From: Phoronis australis
Taxonomy: Eukaryota; Animalia; Phoronida
Assembly: GCA_002633005.1 (NCBI GenBank)
Contig: NMRA01000071.1
Span: 810,449 to 874,448 of the forward strand
Length of the DNA: 64,000 bases
Reading direction: 5' to 3'
Shown here: one piece after another, positions 48,601-61,902 of the stretch
Position numbering within the stretch: position 1 is the first letter of the stretch
How the letters are laid out: each line of letters opens with the position of its first letter
Notes under the pieces: model-generated
Database searches by the model: none
Told to the model about the DNA's origin: nothing
The model's input: only the letters and a program-made list of their open reading frames with translations
Made by a program: the position numbers and the translations under genes

Positions 48601-50645
48601 CCCGTTGCTCCCAACTTGTTCGATTGTATAGCCCAACAACAACTTGGGAAGTTTACCCCCCATAGCCAGTTAACTCCATCCTGGCGTTGATGGTCGGAGG
48701 GCCTGTGCTCTTTTGTTTGATAATTGCTCTAATCTCCGATCAGGTCGTATCTAGCCTGACTGGGGTGGGCTGATAAAGATGAAAGTTAAGTTAAGCCAGA
48801 TATTATCGCACGTTCAGCACCCCTCACGTCTGGAAAAGTTACTGAACGACAAGACGCTGTAGTGGAGTGGCCTGAGCGGCTGCACGGCTGTTAATCCACT
48901 GCGAGCGTGTTATTTTTTTTCGTTTTTTTCAAGAGAAACCACTAAGAACGCGCAAATTTATCATCTTCGTGTCACTCGATGCAAATATATTATATCCAGG
49001 AGACGTGCCGATCACTCGGGACGTAGGCCTACTTTCGTGGTGCCCCAATAAGCCTTTTCATGGAGTGTTGAACAATGACCCCGGGTGATTTTTAATGGGG
49101 TCTAAATTTTATGTGAACTACTGTGAAGATGACCTCATTGGTCATATAAATGAATGACAGGTTTTTGGAGTTCATAGTAGGGCGTTCTCCCGTTCAGTAC
49201 AGAGGTTGTGAGCGTGTGATAACATCTAGCTCCTTTGTTAAATGCCGAGCATAGTCTTTTGTCTGGGAGGACACCACTAGATGCAGACAAATTATCTGCC
49301 AGGCTTATAACCTATCACATGTGACCACAGTCAAACCCAGTACGTTGGCACGTTCGGACATAATAGACTGTCTTAACTTCAATTGTAGTTGGGCGATTTC
49401 GGTGATTCAAAAACTATAAGCTTGATCAGTATTTGATGGGCAATTCATAAAAGTCATTGCTTTATGTTCAAACATTTTATAACTTAACTTATTTTTAACA
49501 GCACAGCCCTGTGAAGATATAAGACTCTGTTCACGAGTGTTTTAACGTTTTGCAGATGTTCCACTGTTTATAAGTGCTCATGCTCACATGTCACGTGAGA
49601 GTTAGTCGAAATATAGAGTCGATATCTTTAAGAAGGGCGTTGTTATTATTTTGTTATCATGTTTCATCGTAAATCGTTTTTAAAAATAAGAATTTAGTTG
49701 TGCACCATCGGCACATCGGAGATTAGACCAATTATCGAACAAAGAAAAGAGAGCTGACCCTCCAACCTAAATGCCAGAATGGACTTTATCAGTCGTCAGT
49801 GTAAGATATTGGCTATAGCGGTCATCCGCCCAACTTAATTGTTGTGATATACAATTAAACAAGTTAGATTCAACGGGGGGACGCCGTAGTGTAAAAAGCA
49901 AAAACAGACTCCGTTCCTTTCCTGTTCACTCGCTCGGAATTGCCAACGTGCAAATATTCTTCTCTCACTGACGCACGATATTCCTCTCTCACGGATCTGA
50001 AGAGCCCCCGATCAAGCACCAGGCACTTTTAGGCGTTTTGTAGTATCCCCACACTGTGTAGTTGTGTGCTCACAAAGAGATCAGCCCCGCTCCTCACACA
50101 TTATTTCGAACCGTTCCTGTCCATCCCCGCCCTTAATCTGATACATTACGGCGTTTTCCCGTTGCTCCCAACTTGTTCGATTCTATAGCCCACAACAAGT
50201 TGGGAAGATCCGATGACCCCTGTAGCCAATATCTTACACGACTGATTAACTCCATTCTGGCATTTATGGTTGGAGGGCCGGCTCTCTTTTGTTCGATACT
50301 TGCTCTAATCTCCGATGAGATCGTATCAGCTAGCCAAACTGGACTGTGCTGCTAAAAATGAAAGTTAAGTTATAACTTATTTGAACATAAATCAATAGCA
50401 TTTCTGAATTCCTTGTCAAATGCTGATCATGTTTAGTGTTTTCATCACCAAAATCGCCAAACTACAACAGAAGTTAAGACTATTTATTCTGCCAGGTTTC
50501 AGTAACCCTTTGAAGCCTGGGAGATAATTGGCCTGCTTGTTATACTGGACAAAAGACTGTGCTGGGCAGTTAACAAAAGAGCCAGATGTTATTGCACGTT
50601 CAGCACCCCTCAAGTCTGGAAAAAGTTGCTGAACGACAGAACGCC
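48601..50645. repeat. Three diverged copies of a dispersed repeat (two direct, one inverted)
   Basis: 48601-48855 resembles 50158-50645 (latter with an insert); ~49718-49827 is an inverted partial copy of ~50213-50315. Confidence 0.7.
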
Positions 50646-53220
50646 GTCATGTATACGTACCGCGCGACCATCAGCCGAGAAATTTAGAATAAATTCTTCT
50701 CTCACCAGACGGTTGAATAATGACAGGACAGGTTTTCACGGACCTGGGGTCATTTTTTTCATGGCCTGAAAATTTTTCACATTAAATTTAGACCCTGTGA
50801 AAAAACTAACCGGGCTTTTGGGTGTATTTCCATTCGGTTTCGAGTGGGAAATTCTGTACTTTGGGTAAAGGTTGGATGCGCAATTTAGTCCTACAGGTTT
50901 GATATTTTGGTTACTATGCACTTTACTTTTAACGCAAGTTTCGTCACAAAACAGAGAGCTCGTAAGCAAGCACTGTAAATCTAAAAAAAAATCTAATATC
51001 AACTTCGACATAAGTACAGATTTTGCAGGGATTTGTTTGTTTTGATACAACAGAAAACATCTGATTTTGTAATACATATTTAGAAATGTGTTTTTAAAGC
51101 AGTATATATTTCAATTGTACTGATTTCGATGCCCCGGCTGGGGTGTAAGTTCGGGGATGTTATTTTTCAGTACAAGTAAAAGTACAAATCATTGTTATTA
51201 ATACTAAATGTTTACTTAAATATAATTAGCAAACAGCATCATCATTGGATAACTGCATATGGTAGTCAATAATTATCTTTTTAATTGATCTTATAAGGTC
51301 TCAATCACCAGGCAAGACTGATGTGGAAACAACGCACAGAGTCGCTCCGCTTAAACTATGGTGGCAGAACATAAAAAGCTAGTTGCAGCACCACTAAACC
51401 CCATGGCCGAACCAAAACACCCATGACTCAATGACATGACCAAAAAACTTAACTCTTTGGCTGCAAGCATAACACTGCGAGCCCCCCGATTTTCTAACTG
51501 ATGCCGTAGGGCTCCCAGTGCTTTTTCTATGTTGAGATCGCCGAGTCGAGCTTGTGTAGACTGGGTCGAGAGGGTTGTAGGTCGTGGGTCGAGGGGGTGG
51601 TGGGTCTAAGGGGTCCTGGGATGTAGGGGTCGAGAGGGTTTTTGAATAATCTGGCAGTCAATGGGCTGTGTGAAATTTTGGGGACTAACGGAGCTCAACA
51701 CACAGTAGTGCGATAGTCTTCATATAATGGGTAACTAACCAACTCTTCACGTTTACAGAGCTGAGTATTGGCTTGAAGTTGGCTGGCTGGCTAGAGTGCA
51801 CATTGCCCACAGTCACACCAGTGTAAACTGTTGATGCGGACTGGTTGCACCGGCAAATTTTCGTCTGAAGATCGCGAGGACTGAGTATCACTTTGTGTTG
51901 CCTCGGCTCAAACAGGTATCCCTGATGCCCCACATTTCACACTAAAATTTATTACGACAATATGAAGACCGCCACTTGACTGCACGCTTAAAATGGGACA
52001 CTGATTTTACCCCCAGCGTACGTCACGAGAAACAGCGCTCCAAGCGGGTGATTTTTTGAGTTTCGTTAGAGAATATAAGTTTACTTTTTGATGTTGAATT
52101 ATTTGCGAACATAACCAACAATTCATAGAAAACTATGCAAAAATTATTCAGAATAAAATACAGTTCCCTTTTAAGGCACCATTACTATACGTACATGCCC
52201 CGAAGTAACCTGTCAGTTCCAGCAAGTCCATTTAGCCCCGCACGAGATCCCTTGTCAGCGAGTCAGCAAGCCTCTCTTTCCCTGGGTTGCATATTATGTG
52301 ATATTAAGCAGCTTCACAGATATTCAGGTATGCCCTCAATTGTCCGGCAGGTTTTACGTTAACGCTGTTACCGTAAAGCATTTTATCCAAGGAATTGTAT
52401 AGAATGCAATAGTTCAGAAGTAGACGCATGAGCCTCACGTGTTGATGGTAATGAAATGGCATTGATGACAGCAACGACGATGACGACAATAACAATAACA
52501 AAAATAATAGTAAATTACTTATAAAATACAAAACTGTTACAGGAGTAACAGTAACAAAACCAATTTCATATTAATATTGATATTCATATAAACAAAGACA
52601 AATTCAGCAATACATGTAAGTGCATGTTCTTAATGCGACTTCAACGAAATCTCGATAACTGAGTTCCTAAGCCACCTTTGTCGGTCAACAAGGGAGTAAT
52701 CCTGCCGATCATGACAAGACGAGCGCCATACGAGAATTAATGAAGCCACCTGGGTGAGTATTGATGTGAACTCACCAACGGCATGACGAATCAGCTGCAT
52801 GAATTCCTGCCCAAGTTTGCCTCGATCAACGATTACGCGGTCGTAATTACGAGCGACACTTTCTCCGAACGGCACATCAATTCAATAACTTGAAGCCACC
52901 TTAGCGTCCCCTTAGTGTAAGATTACCTTAACTCGCACTGGAAAGTCGCCGTTATGTTATAACGTAATGTGGCCTCGAGGTCACCTTAGCACCACCCTAC
53001 ATGTATCTCTGACGTATGAGACGCGTACGTTCCGATCGAAAACTCAGAATTAAATGTACATTTTCTGTTCGTGTATTTACGCATAGGTAATTGTTCGTGT
53101 CCGCAGTGAATATCGTGTGGCTATGAAAAGCGCTTTCCACTCGGAGTGTCAGCAGACGTGGTGATCCAATCGCAGCTGCTTACCAGTCGATATTGTTTCC
53201 TTCCTTTCTGTGAGTACAGG

Positions 53221-53229
53221 TATATAAAA
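53221..53229 (+). promoter_or_regulatory. TATA box candidate for the LRR-Ig gene
   Basis: TATATAAAA about 100 bp upstream of ATG 53327. Confidence 0.5.
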
Positions 53230-53326
53230 TGCCTATCAACCGCAAGTATTCTCTCACACATGCAGTAGTATCGCGTGGAATGAGTACGCTGTATGTCATC
53301 TCACGATGTATTGAAGACTTTTGCTT

Positions 53327-56107
53327 ATGTTGCTAATCTGCTTAGCCGTGCGAATTAGCGTTGCTTCCTCATCAGGATGCGAAAAACCTGTTACGGTATT
53401 GACCGGAAAGTTTATGGAAAAGTATTGGGGTAGAAGTTTCATCATTTTGGACAACTGTGGAATTCAGCAAATTGAACAAGGTGCATTCTCACCTGTGCGA
53501 GATCATACAGTAAGCCTAACTATTTCAATGAACAACTTGACCACTCTCGATGACGGATCCTTCGAGCAGTTAACAAACCTACAATTTTTTCGTCTGGACA
53601 GTAACGCCATCATGCGCCTCTCAGAGAGATCATTTGAAGGTCTTACTTCTCTACTCAGTCTGGATCTCAGAAATAACAGAATAAGTTTTATTCCAGATCA
53701 TGTCTTTTCTCCACTGCATTCTCTAAAATCCCTTGAAGTTCAGGCAAACAAGTTAAAAAGTCTACGCCGTGCACAGTTTAAAGGGTTAAGAGAGCTCCAC
53801 AGCTTGTCGCTAGCTTTTAATGAGTTGTCTCACGTCGAACAAGGCGCTTTTGAAGACTTGAGGGAGCTTGTTGATCTCGACCTGTCTCATAATGGTTTAC
53901 TTTCTATTCCGCCTGGTTTATGTCACGATTTACCGAGTCTGCGTTCACTGGGTCTGAGTAATAACCAAGTACGATCTCTTCATCGGTCGCCATTCCGGGA
54001 GTGCAATTCTTTAGTCATTCTGGCACTTGATGAGAATCGAATAGACGAATTACAACAAGACAGTCTGGTGGGTCTTGACGTCATGGAACGGCTTAGTATT
54101 GCAGGAAATGGCATGACGAAAATACATGACTCTGCCTTGAGTTCAGTAGTCAAGCTGAACGTTTTACTTCTAGGACGTAACAATTTTTTTAACTCATTGT
54201 CCAAATCAACGTTCGCGGCTGTCCGTCACCTTGAAGTATTATACTTACACTCGAGCAATATTTATGAGTTACCAGAAGGGATTTTCAAAAACCTTTCATC
54301 TCTGAACTTAATTGTTCTCAGTGAAAATAAGATGACAACCTTGACTGGAGGCATACTATACGGACTGTCAAGTTTAACTGACTTAATCGTCAGTAATAGC
54401 AGCTTATCATATGTGGACTTCAATACATTTCAGCAAACAGAGAATCTCAAAAAGCTGGATATTTCTTACAATAATTTAACAACAATGTTTCATGTTCCAG
54501 AAAGTTTAAGAGCTTTGGATATTCGCGGCAATACCTTGTCTTTTATACCACGTGACGCATTCTTCGATCGAACTTTGGATGTTTTAAGAATTGAGACGAG
54601 ACAGCCTGAGGTCTTCCCCCCTATACATGTGAGCTCAACTCTGGAGATCTTTCTACACACAATAAGCGACAACAGTACTTTTCAAAAGTCAATTTCTGCC
54701 CCGGTTATTCACATCTACTACCTTGGAAGGAGAGATGTTACTGTTGGTCGTACATTTCTAGAAAACATTCAAGGCTTGGATATGAACTTGAACGGGATGA
54801 AGATTCGACGGATAGAAAGTCACGCGTTTTCTCATCAAACTACGGTGTATTCTCTCAGTCTCAACTCGAATAGGCTAACAATAATTTTTGCAGCGATGTT
54901 TTTTGGACTTGGAAACCTCAAAAGAATTGATCTGTCCAAAAACAGCATACACCTGATAGAGTCTGGTACTCTGGAAGCCCTACCCAACCTTACGTCATTG
55001 GTTTTAAGCGATAATAAATTGAGAATTCTTGATCAACATATGCTGACGTCTAACTCTCTGACATTGGCCTTTTTTACATCCAACTTGATCGAACACGTGG
55101 AAGAGGCTGCTTTTCAAAGACTCCCAAACTTGGAGATGTTAAGTTTGCACAGCAATCGGTTGCTTTACATTGATTCAGCAATGTTCAAGAACGCTTCGCG
55201 TTCAATTCGTCAACTCAACCTGGGGCACAATATGATTCAGCAAATAGAACCCGGTGCCTTCAACAACCTCGTAAATCTCAAGCAATTGTCACTGACAAAC
55301 AACCGGTTAATGACCATCCAGACTAAGGTGTTTGGCAACTTGAAGAAACTTGTATCAATTCGACTTTCCCATAACGAAATTGAATTCATAGCCGAAAACG
55401 CGTTACCGCAAGCTATGCAAGTAGATATATCATACAACAAATTGCGATCGATTTCAATTTACAGTTTCCAGAAAACTGCCGGCACGACATCAACGAAACC
55501 GATGGAGCTTTTGTTCGCGGGAAACCCTCTCCACTGTAACTGCTTTCTACGGCCTCTTCAGGAACTTCTAAAGAACGGATCTCTGAAGTTTTTACGAAAC
55601 AGCAATCGAGTTTGTTCCACACCTGCCACTGTAACTATGCGGAATTTCACTTCTTCCAACCTAACTTGCCAGAAACCAGTTTTCACCAGCTTAGCAATAA
55701 TGAGGGAGGCCGAGGTTGCTACTATCGAGTGTGTGTTTTCCGGAGACCCTCCTCCCGAAGTTCATATTCAAAACTTGCCCAAACCAATCTTGAATGTTTC
55801 TAGTCATTCCTCCTATCCCTACAGTTCAATAAAAGTCGCCGTCAACGCACTTGATATGCAGCTGCCTCGCGTTAACGAGTATTTGTGTGAGGCAGAAAAC
55901 ACGATGGGTTATGCCGTCTTCAAAATGGGAAAGTCTCAGTCGTTTACCAAGAATGCAGAAGGCGTGAGATACATTGGCGAAGGAGTCGAAATTGCTCTCA
56001 TCGTCTGCGCAACTGGTTTTGTTGTTTCCTCCGTTGGCCTCGTTCTGGCTGTTGTTTACATCAAGCGGTTGATTATGAGGCGTGAGGTGAAAGAGAGTTC
56101 TACGTAA
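53327..56107 (+). CDS. Intronless leucine-rich-repeat / Ig-like single-pass membrane protein (926 aa)
   Basis: Signal peptide MLLICLAVRISVASS; more than 20 extracellular LxxLxLxxNxL repeats; LRRCT NPLHCNC..C..P..C; Ig-like ATIEC...YLCEAEN; TM IALIVCATGFVVSSVGLVLAVVYI; 14-aa tail. Confidence 0.92.
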   Translation: MLLICLAVRISVASSSGCEKPVTVLTGKFMEKYWGRSFIILDNCGIQQIEQGAFSPVRDHTVSLTISMNNLTTLDDGSFEQLTNLQFFRLDSNAIMRLSERSFEGLTSLLSLDLRNNRISFIPDHVFSPLHSLKSLEVQANKLKSLRRAQFKGLRELHSLSLAFNELSHVEQGAFEDLRELVDLDLSHNGLLSIPPGLCHDLPSLRSLGLSNNQVRSLHRSPFRECNSLVILALDENRIDELQQDSLVGLDVMERLSIAGNGMTKIHDSALSSVVKLNVLLLGRNNFFNSLSKSTFAAVRHLEVLYLHSSNIYELPEGIFKNLSSLNLIVLSENKMTTLTGGILYGLSSLTDLIVSNSSLSYVDFNTFQQTENLKKLDISYNNLTTMFHVPESLRALDIRGNTLSFIPRDAFFDRTLDVLRIETRQPEVFPPIHVSSTLEIFLHTISDNSTFQKSISAPVIHIYYLGRRDVTVGRTFLENIQGLDMNLNGMKIRRIESHAFSHQTTVYSLSLNSNRLTIIFAAMFFGLGNLKRIDLSKNSIHLIESGTLEALPNLTSLVLSDNKLRILDQHMLTSNSLTLAFFTSNLIEHVEEAAFQRLPNLEMLSLHSNRLLYIDSAMFKNASRSIRQLNLGHNMIQQIEPGAFNNLVNLKQLSLTNNRLMTIQTKVFGNLKKLVSIRLSHNEIEFIAENALPQAMQVDISYNKLRSISIYSFQKTAGTTSTKPMELLFAGNPLHCNCFLRPLQELLKNGSLKFLRNSNRVCSTPATVTMRNFTSSNLTCQKPVFTSLAIMREAEVATIECVFSGDPPPEVHIQNLPKPILNVSSHSSYPYSSIKVAVNALDMQLPRVNEYLCEAENTMGYAVFKMGKSQSFTKNAEGVRYIGEGVEIALIVCATGFVVSSVGLVLAVVYIKRLIMRREVKESST

Positions 56108-56504
56108 TGACGAAAACAGCTATATAGGCCTACGGATTGACACTTCACTTGTCAGTCAGTTTTAATGCCGATGTAAAAATTTCACTCAAAATGTAACTGA
56201 TATCACTAATTTAAAAATGTTTATATAGTAGCTTAACTAAGATAAGAAATTATAGCCGTTGACTTGAAGTTGTGAACTGGTTATGTGCTAATCAAGTCGT
56301 CCAAGCATTATAAGGTTATCCTCACAGATAGTCGTTGGCAATTTTGCTTCAGACCCTTGAGACGTAACCATTCAGGCGAGAATGAGCGTTATAGGCCCAA
56401 CCAACATAATGCTTAGTGCTTACAACAACCTCGAATACGACCATATGTTTTGATGATATGTGCGATTCGGAGTGGTCTCGAAAAGTGTCCATATTGCCGG
56501 AGAC

Positions 56505-56720
56505 TACTATTATGAAAAGTTGCTCGTGCCGACGACGCAGTAATAACAATCTGACAGACAATATTTCAGTTCTTGTGTTTCAAAAAGACCCTAAGATCGC
56601 TCAGAAATGGCACACGTTGGGGCTTCGGACAATGGTATGGCAGTACCCGGTGGATGAAGTGGTCAGTTCAGAGGTCACGGTGGGCTCACGGCAGCTCATT
56701 TCTAAAATATCGTGCTTCGA
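56505..56720 (+). pseudogene. Degenerate THAP domain, probably from a DNA transposon
   Basis: MKSCSCRRRSNNNLTDNISVLVFQKDPKIAQKW resembles C..C.N....SLH.FPKD....KW; a Kolobok-like end (TATAAGGTTATCC, 56309) lies upstream. Confidence 0.45.
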
Positions 56721-57372
56721 CCCGTCGCAGGAACGGAGATTTGATAAAGGTTTCGTCAACATGTAAGCTCGTTTGATGAACAAAACAGATCATTGTGATG
56801 TACCATTGCTGAATGTGTTGTCAGACACATTTTGAGTGATCCTTAGTTTCTGTCCGACCGTCAGCACAGCAGAGTAATCTTGTAACAGGCAAGACAGAAA
56901 CCAGTATCATTTACTAGAAATAAATTCCAATTGGCACTGCAATAATTAGACATGACAGTTCATGATAAACGCAGTCGGCATGCAAAGAAATGAAATCAAT
57001 ATTGCCGCTATTCGCGACTGGGATTTGGTAGTCAGAGTATTAGAGCGATTATAGATTTAGCAGTTCGTGACATATACATATTACTCGACACTAAAGTGGC
57101 TAGAAAATTAAACAGTAATTTAATAAAAGACTAGAAATGTAGAAATGCCATCTCTGAAATCATTATTCTACAGGCTGAGTATCGGACACGGCTTGACGAT
57201 ATGTCGCGGTCTCACTCATTATCCGTTTCACCCGTGTGGCCTGAGTCACGGTCGTCTTCGCCCCCATCTCCATACCTGTATTCATAATAATCGTCAAGCT
57301 CGCTTTCTAAGTCTTCGTAACTTACAAAATGACTACTATCCGCCATTACGTATATGGTGACAACTGATCTGG

Positions 57373-57690
57373 TTAGGTTGTCAACGTAGGGTTCTTTTCA
57401 CGGATGCAAGTGTCCAAGAAAAGTAGGTGACCGTACTTGACGTTATGATCAAGGTTGTTAATGTGATCGTTGAATTCTTCAACAAAACATTCCTTCTTAT
57501 GTACAAAGGTGTCATCCACGTATCGGTACGAAAGAAGAAGTGTGTGAGGGGCCTCCTCAAACCTTGAGAGCTTGAACGTGTCCATGCATGTGTACAGATT
57601 GGTTATTATGGGTCTGATAGGTGAGCCCATCGTTGCACCAAGTTCTTGTCAGTAAAACACATCTTTGTACACCAAGTATGCGGTGCTGAG
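57373..57690 (-). mobile_element. Penelope-like reverse transcriptase fragment
   Basis: VFY*QELGATMGSPIRPIITNLY...YRYVDDTFV...EEFNDHINNLD...LLFLD. Confidence 0.85.
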
Positions 57691-57819
57691 CTGCAAGCTG
57701 GGTTGGTCCTTGCCCATGGTGGTATAGGAAGCCCATGATTGGTCACGACGCTTGAAACCATAGGTGTGCATGGTATGTTTACTTCATGAATCTTAAGATT
57801 CTACAACATCTCCTATCCC

Positions 57820-58025
57820 CCTTAGAGGCGGGGGAAGGCCTCACAAAATGCCGTCTACAACTCCCTAGTTTCACGTGACGGCCAGTCGGTGTCTCACCTG
57901 GCTTCCAAGCGACGGGGAAAGGCGGGAAGTTTAGTCCTACATCAGTCAGCACTGAAGAAGGGCCCGGGTAGGTCCCAAAACTTTGCGATCCAAAGGTTCA
58001 CCATACTCCGAATCTATAATTTTCC
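57820..58025 (+). mobile_element. Penelope-like 3' end/pLTR with decayed hammerhead core, inverted relative to the RT fragment
   Basis: RGGG..VYNSLVSRD-like endonuclease C-terminus; GCA CUGAAGA-stem-AAAA CUU UGC at 57949-57986 (GAAA mutated). Confidence 0.5.
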
Positions 58026-58358
58026 ATCACTCATCATAAGAATGATTCTAAATATCAAAACTGTTCTCTGTTAGTCCATTTGAATGATAACCCATGTACA
58101 CGCTGAGACTGGACTTAGTCTGTTTAAACCGATGTGGGTAAAAATGGCCAAGTAGAATCTGACACAAAAATGACATTACAACTTCACTCTTCCTTGAGCT
58201 AACTAAATTTGTTAACAGTGATAAAAAGACCAACAGTCTATCTTTATTCTGTGACTACATTTATGGAGCAATAGGATGCATCGCTTTCAGGCTCATGAAA
58301 TAGAGTCTCACCTATTGGACAATTTCTCTGTCAATTTTTCAATCAGCTGCTCTTCTTC

Positions 58359-58445
58359 CAAAAGGATGTGTACAGTCCACAAAAGGATGTGTACAGTCCA
58401 CTAAAGGATGTGTACAGCCCCACAAAATGATGTGTACAGTCCGCA
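58359..58445. repeat. 21-bp minisatellite x4
   Basis: caaaaggatgtgtacagtcca unit. Confidence 0.85.
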
Positions 58446-61400
58446 CAAAGTTATCGGAGTTACAGTAGTTCATAGCATTTACTGTATTATTATGGGCAAA
58501 ATGAATTTCTGCAAAAATGTTACACCAGAAAATATGTCGCTTAGCTCGTGGCGTGTTTGGGTGTCAGTTGCGCACTGTTTTCAACTCTACAACAGATTTC
58601 TCTATGCTACCGACGCATAGAATGACGCAAAACACGACGTTGGTTAATTTTTTTTCGCTTAAATGACTGTAACCGTTACTGCGAGACGGTTAACTTTCAG
58701 ATTTGCATGCCCCTACCGGTCATTAACTCTACATATTGAGATAAGCCTCGGGACGAGCTGACAAGCAGAACCAACCCAGCCCGTGCGAAATTTCAAGGTC
58801 TATGCGAAGTTAATACAGCGATACCTATAACCCTTACCAGGACTCTTTTGAGACTTTTTATGAATGAAACATTAAAAGAAACGAAAATACTTTGTTCTTG
58901 TTTTTATCTGAATTGACACAAGCCTATCTTAATTTTACATAGCACTGTGGAATCAGGACCTTCCGTTTTTATCGTAAGGTTGTTTTTTACAATCTGAGAC
59001 AGGTGACGGTCCCGAACGGGACTTTATGTCATTTTGATTGCAATCAGCCCATGCAATGATTTTTTTGTATTAGGTTAACATCATCGATTATTACCAAAAA
59101 ATATTAATTGTTGGAACTGAAAATGTTTCCACATTTCATTCACGTTTTCCTGTCTATTGTGGTAAACTGAAAGACTTTTAAAATTAATCAAATGTCTGAT
59201 GTCAGTGTAAGTCAAAGTCACAAGCAGACAAAATGATTTTTTTCCAAATTATCTTGTCAAAAGACTTTTCGAATGAAAAATTGTAATGTCATTAAAAATA
59301 CAATCTAAGACATTTCTATTAGTATTATTCAATTAAAAATTACTAAAATATCTTTTCAGTAACTGAAGAAATACAGTCATCAAATTCGTTGCGTTCATTT
59401 CAACGCCTTCTCTTTTCCAGACTGAACACTTTATTTGACGCAAATTTGTTTTTAACCATGTAAATTCATCGTTTTTGTCTTTAAGTTATTGTTTCTCCAT
59501 AATTCTACCCGTATTTTCTAATTTAAATTTTGGATACATCATTTTATAGCAAAACGAGGCTTTAACAATTTCGGACCTCATATTATCACTGAATACCTTT
59601 TCCAAACCTCAACAAAATTGCGCAGCACGAAAACAGATTGAGATTCTGAGCTGTTACGTATGCTAAAGCGGAACAACTTCGCGGTTAGCAATTTCCTGAC
59701 GATCGATAAAGTGCGGAATAGGTGCTCAAGCTGCCACAACTTCCTGTCAAAAGGTATCAAACTGTAGAGCACCTCTCGTGTGATCTAATTGGACATGTTA
59801 TTGAAGGAAATGTAGCTCTTAAATCCATCTCGTGCCTCACGACGAAGCATATCCACCCTAAACACATTCCGTCACAGCCGTTGTGCTTTGTGCACGACAT
59901 TTAAAGATAAAACTTACATTTTACGCTGCAGTTATGCGATGTAGTCAACATAGTTTTTTCTGATTTATTTCATTCTTTGGAAATGTTTGATAATCGGCAC
60001 AGAGTTACGGTATTTGTTGACACCAGAAAATGATGTAATTCCTTTTTTCTCATCACAAAACTCTTTCATTAATAACAAAGGGGCGTTGGAGAGGGGTGTT
60101 GTCGCACCCGGCAATATTATCGCCCCTATGTGTCGAGTTTGGCGATATGTGCTGTCATATTGTGAAGGCATATATTAATGTGTCGCTCCCTAAACGCATT
60201 TACCTTTCGCTGCATTGCTTGAGCGTGCACTTCCATGCATGGAGCATTACGCGGTACTGCGTGTAAGGCGCAATTAATGAAGCAATGGGTGAATTCAAAC
60301 TTTAACGAGGAACTATCCCAGTAGATGATTACGCCAGTTCAACATGTCTCCCTTGCAGGAATCGGGTGTTCACACATTTTACAATCGGACCGGACCAAAC
60401 AAAGTACAAATGAAACCAAAACAACGGAGCTAGAATTAACTTCAAATCCCAGGTTTGAATAACAGTTAGTGTAAAGTCTCACAGCGTCCAACCTGGCGAG
60501 TTTCTTGGCTCAAAACAATAGAATTCTAAATCCGAAAATTTGCGTTGGGTTGTCTCGGTACTTTCAACTACCTTTTGAGCTGACTGATTGGTTTGTTCTA
60601 TCATGCAACCACTTGTTTTATGTCTGTGGTTCAGTTGAGAAATTATGTAGTACACTGTAAGTGGTCATATCTTAGTTATAGGAATGTGAATGAGACGCCT
60701 CAATATTTGACTCACATAAAACGACAGAAAAAGACTACATCTGCGAGTAAATAATGACAAATACAAAAGTATGTTTACGGAACAAAGTTCGTTGAGTGCC
60801 TATTTGGGACTGTTTTATACAACTCAGACAGGGATCCCGCCAAACATAGCCTAACGGGGAAAAGGAAAAATAGTCTGCCGGCATCCGTTCGAGGACCCCC
60901 GTGAACATTTGATTTCTAAAGCTACATGTACGGCTGACCCCTTGCGACATCCTAGATCCGCCATAGTGCACAGAATGTGTCAAAACGTTCTTTCTTTCAT
61001 GCTGTAGTGTTGCCTAGTGTTGTCAATGCAACCTCCAATTTGAATCCGGAACAGTTAGTCTTGAGCTGAACCGTCCGAAATAGAATTGTGACAAACTTAG
61101 TAATTTACATTGTAGTTTGTATGTTAACTAATTAGTCAGAACTTTAGAATTGAAAACAACAACTTTGCTTAGGCTGACAGTATGCTATTTGGGGATATTC
61201 ACAGAGCTCTTGATATATCATTTATCCAGGTTCAGTAACGTGTGTCAGATTATCTGTTCAGCTAAATAAGGTATTATGAACAATATCGAATATTTACTGG
61301 AGCAGTGATAGGTTCTCTTTATTGATTGGTCAATATTTAATGCCATTGAAGGCAGAGTCACTGTCAGTCGTGAGTCACGTGTGTGCACTCACTGTTCATA

Positions 61401-61902
61401 TGTCAGGCATCTGTATGATGTATGTCAGTGCAAGTGGAGACAAAATCACATGTGAAAGATATGCCACCAGTCAAAATTTGAATCGGAAGGGACCAATGTA
61501 TCTCCTGAACTAGCTCCTAGATTTGAGACCATGTCGGCATGTTTTTTTTAGCTGCAACCGGGGAGTGCGTTCAATTTTTTTAACCCCAATCAAGAAAATC
61601 TCCTGCAAAGGTTACTGATATATCTATTCGTCACTTTCTGTGTGGTCCAGCCGTTTCGTAACTGCATGAATTATGAGGGACAGTAGGCCTATTTAGAGGA
61701 TAGGGTCCCGTCTTTTATAGCTGTCCGTGACTTTGAGAATCGGGTATTCACTGACCTCGATTCAATGGATGAAACTGGTTCCCCGAAGCGATCAGAACTA
61801 TATTCAACCATAACTTTTAGAATGGACTATGGTGCTGCCTGTGTCGATGACGGCAGTAATGCCGATCACGGCGGCATGAAGTCACGTATTATGAGTGCTA
61901 TA

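Noticed and set aside
53980-55803. Short ORFs overlapping the LRR gene
   Set aside because: Antisense or alternate-frame shadows.
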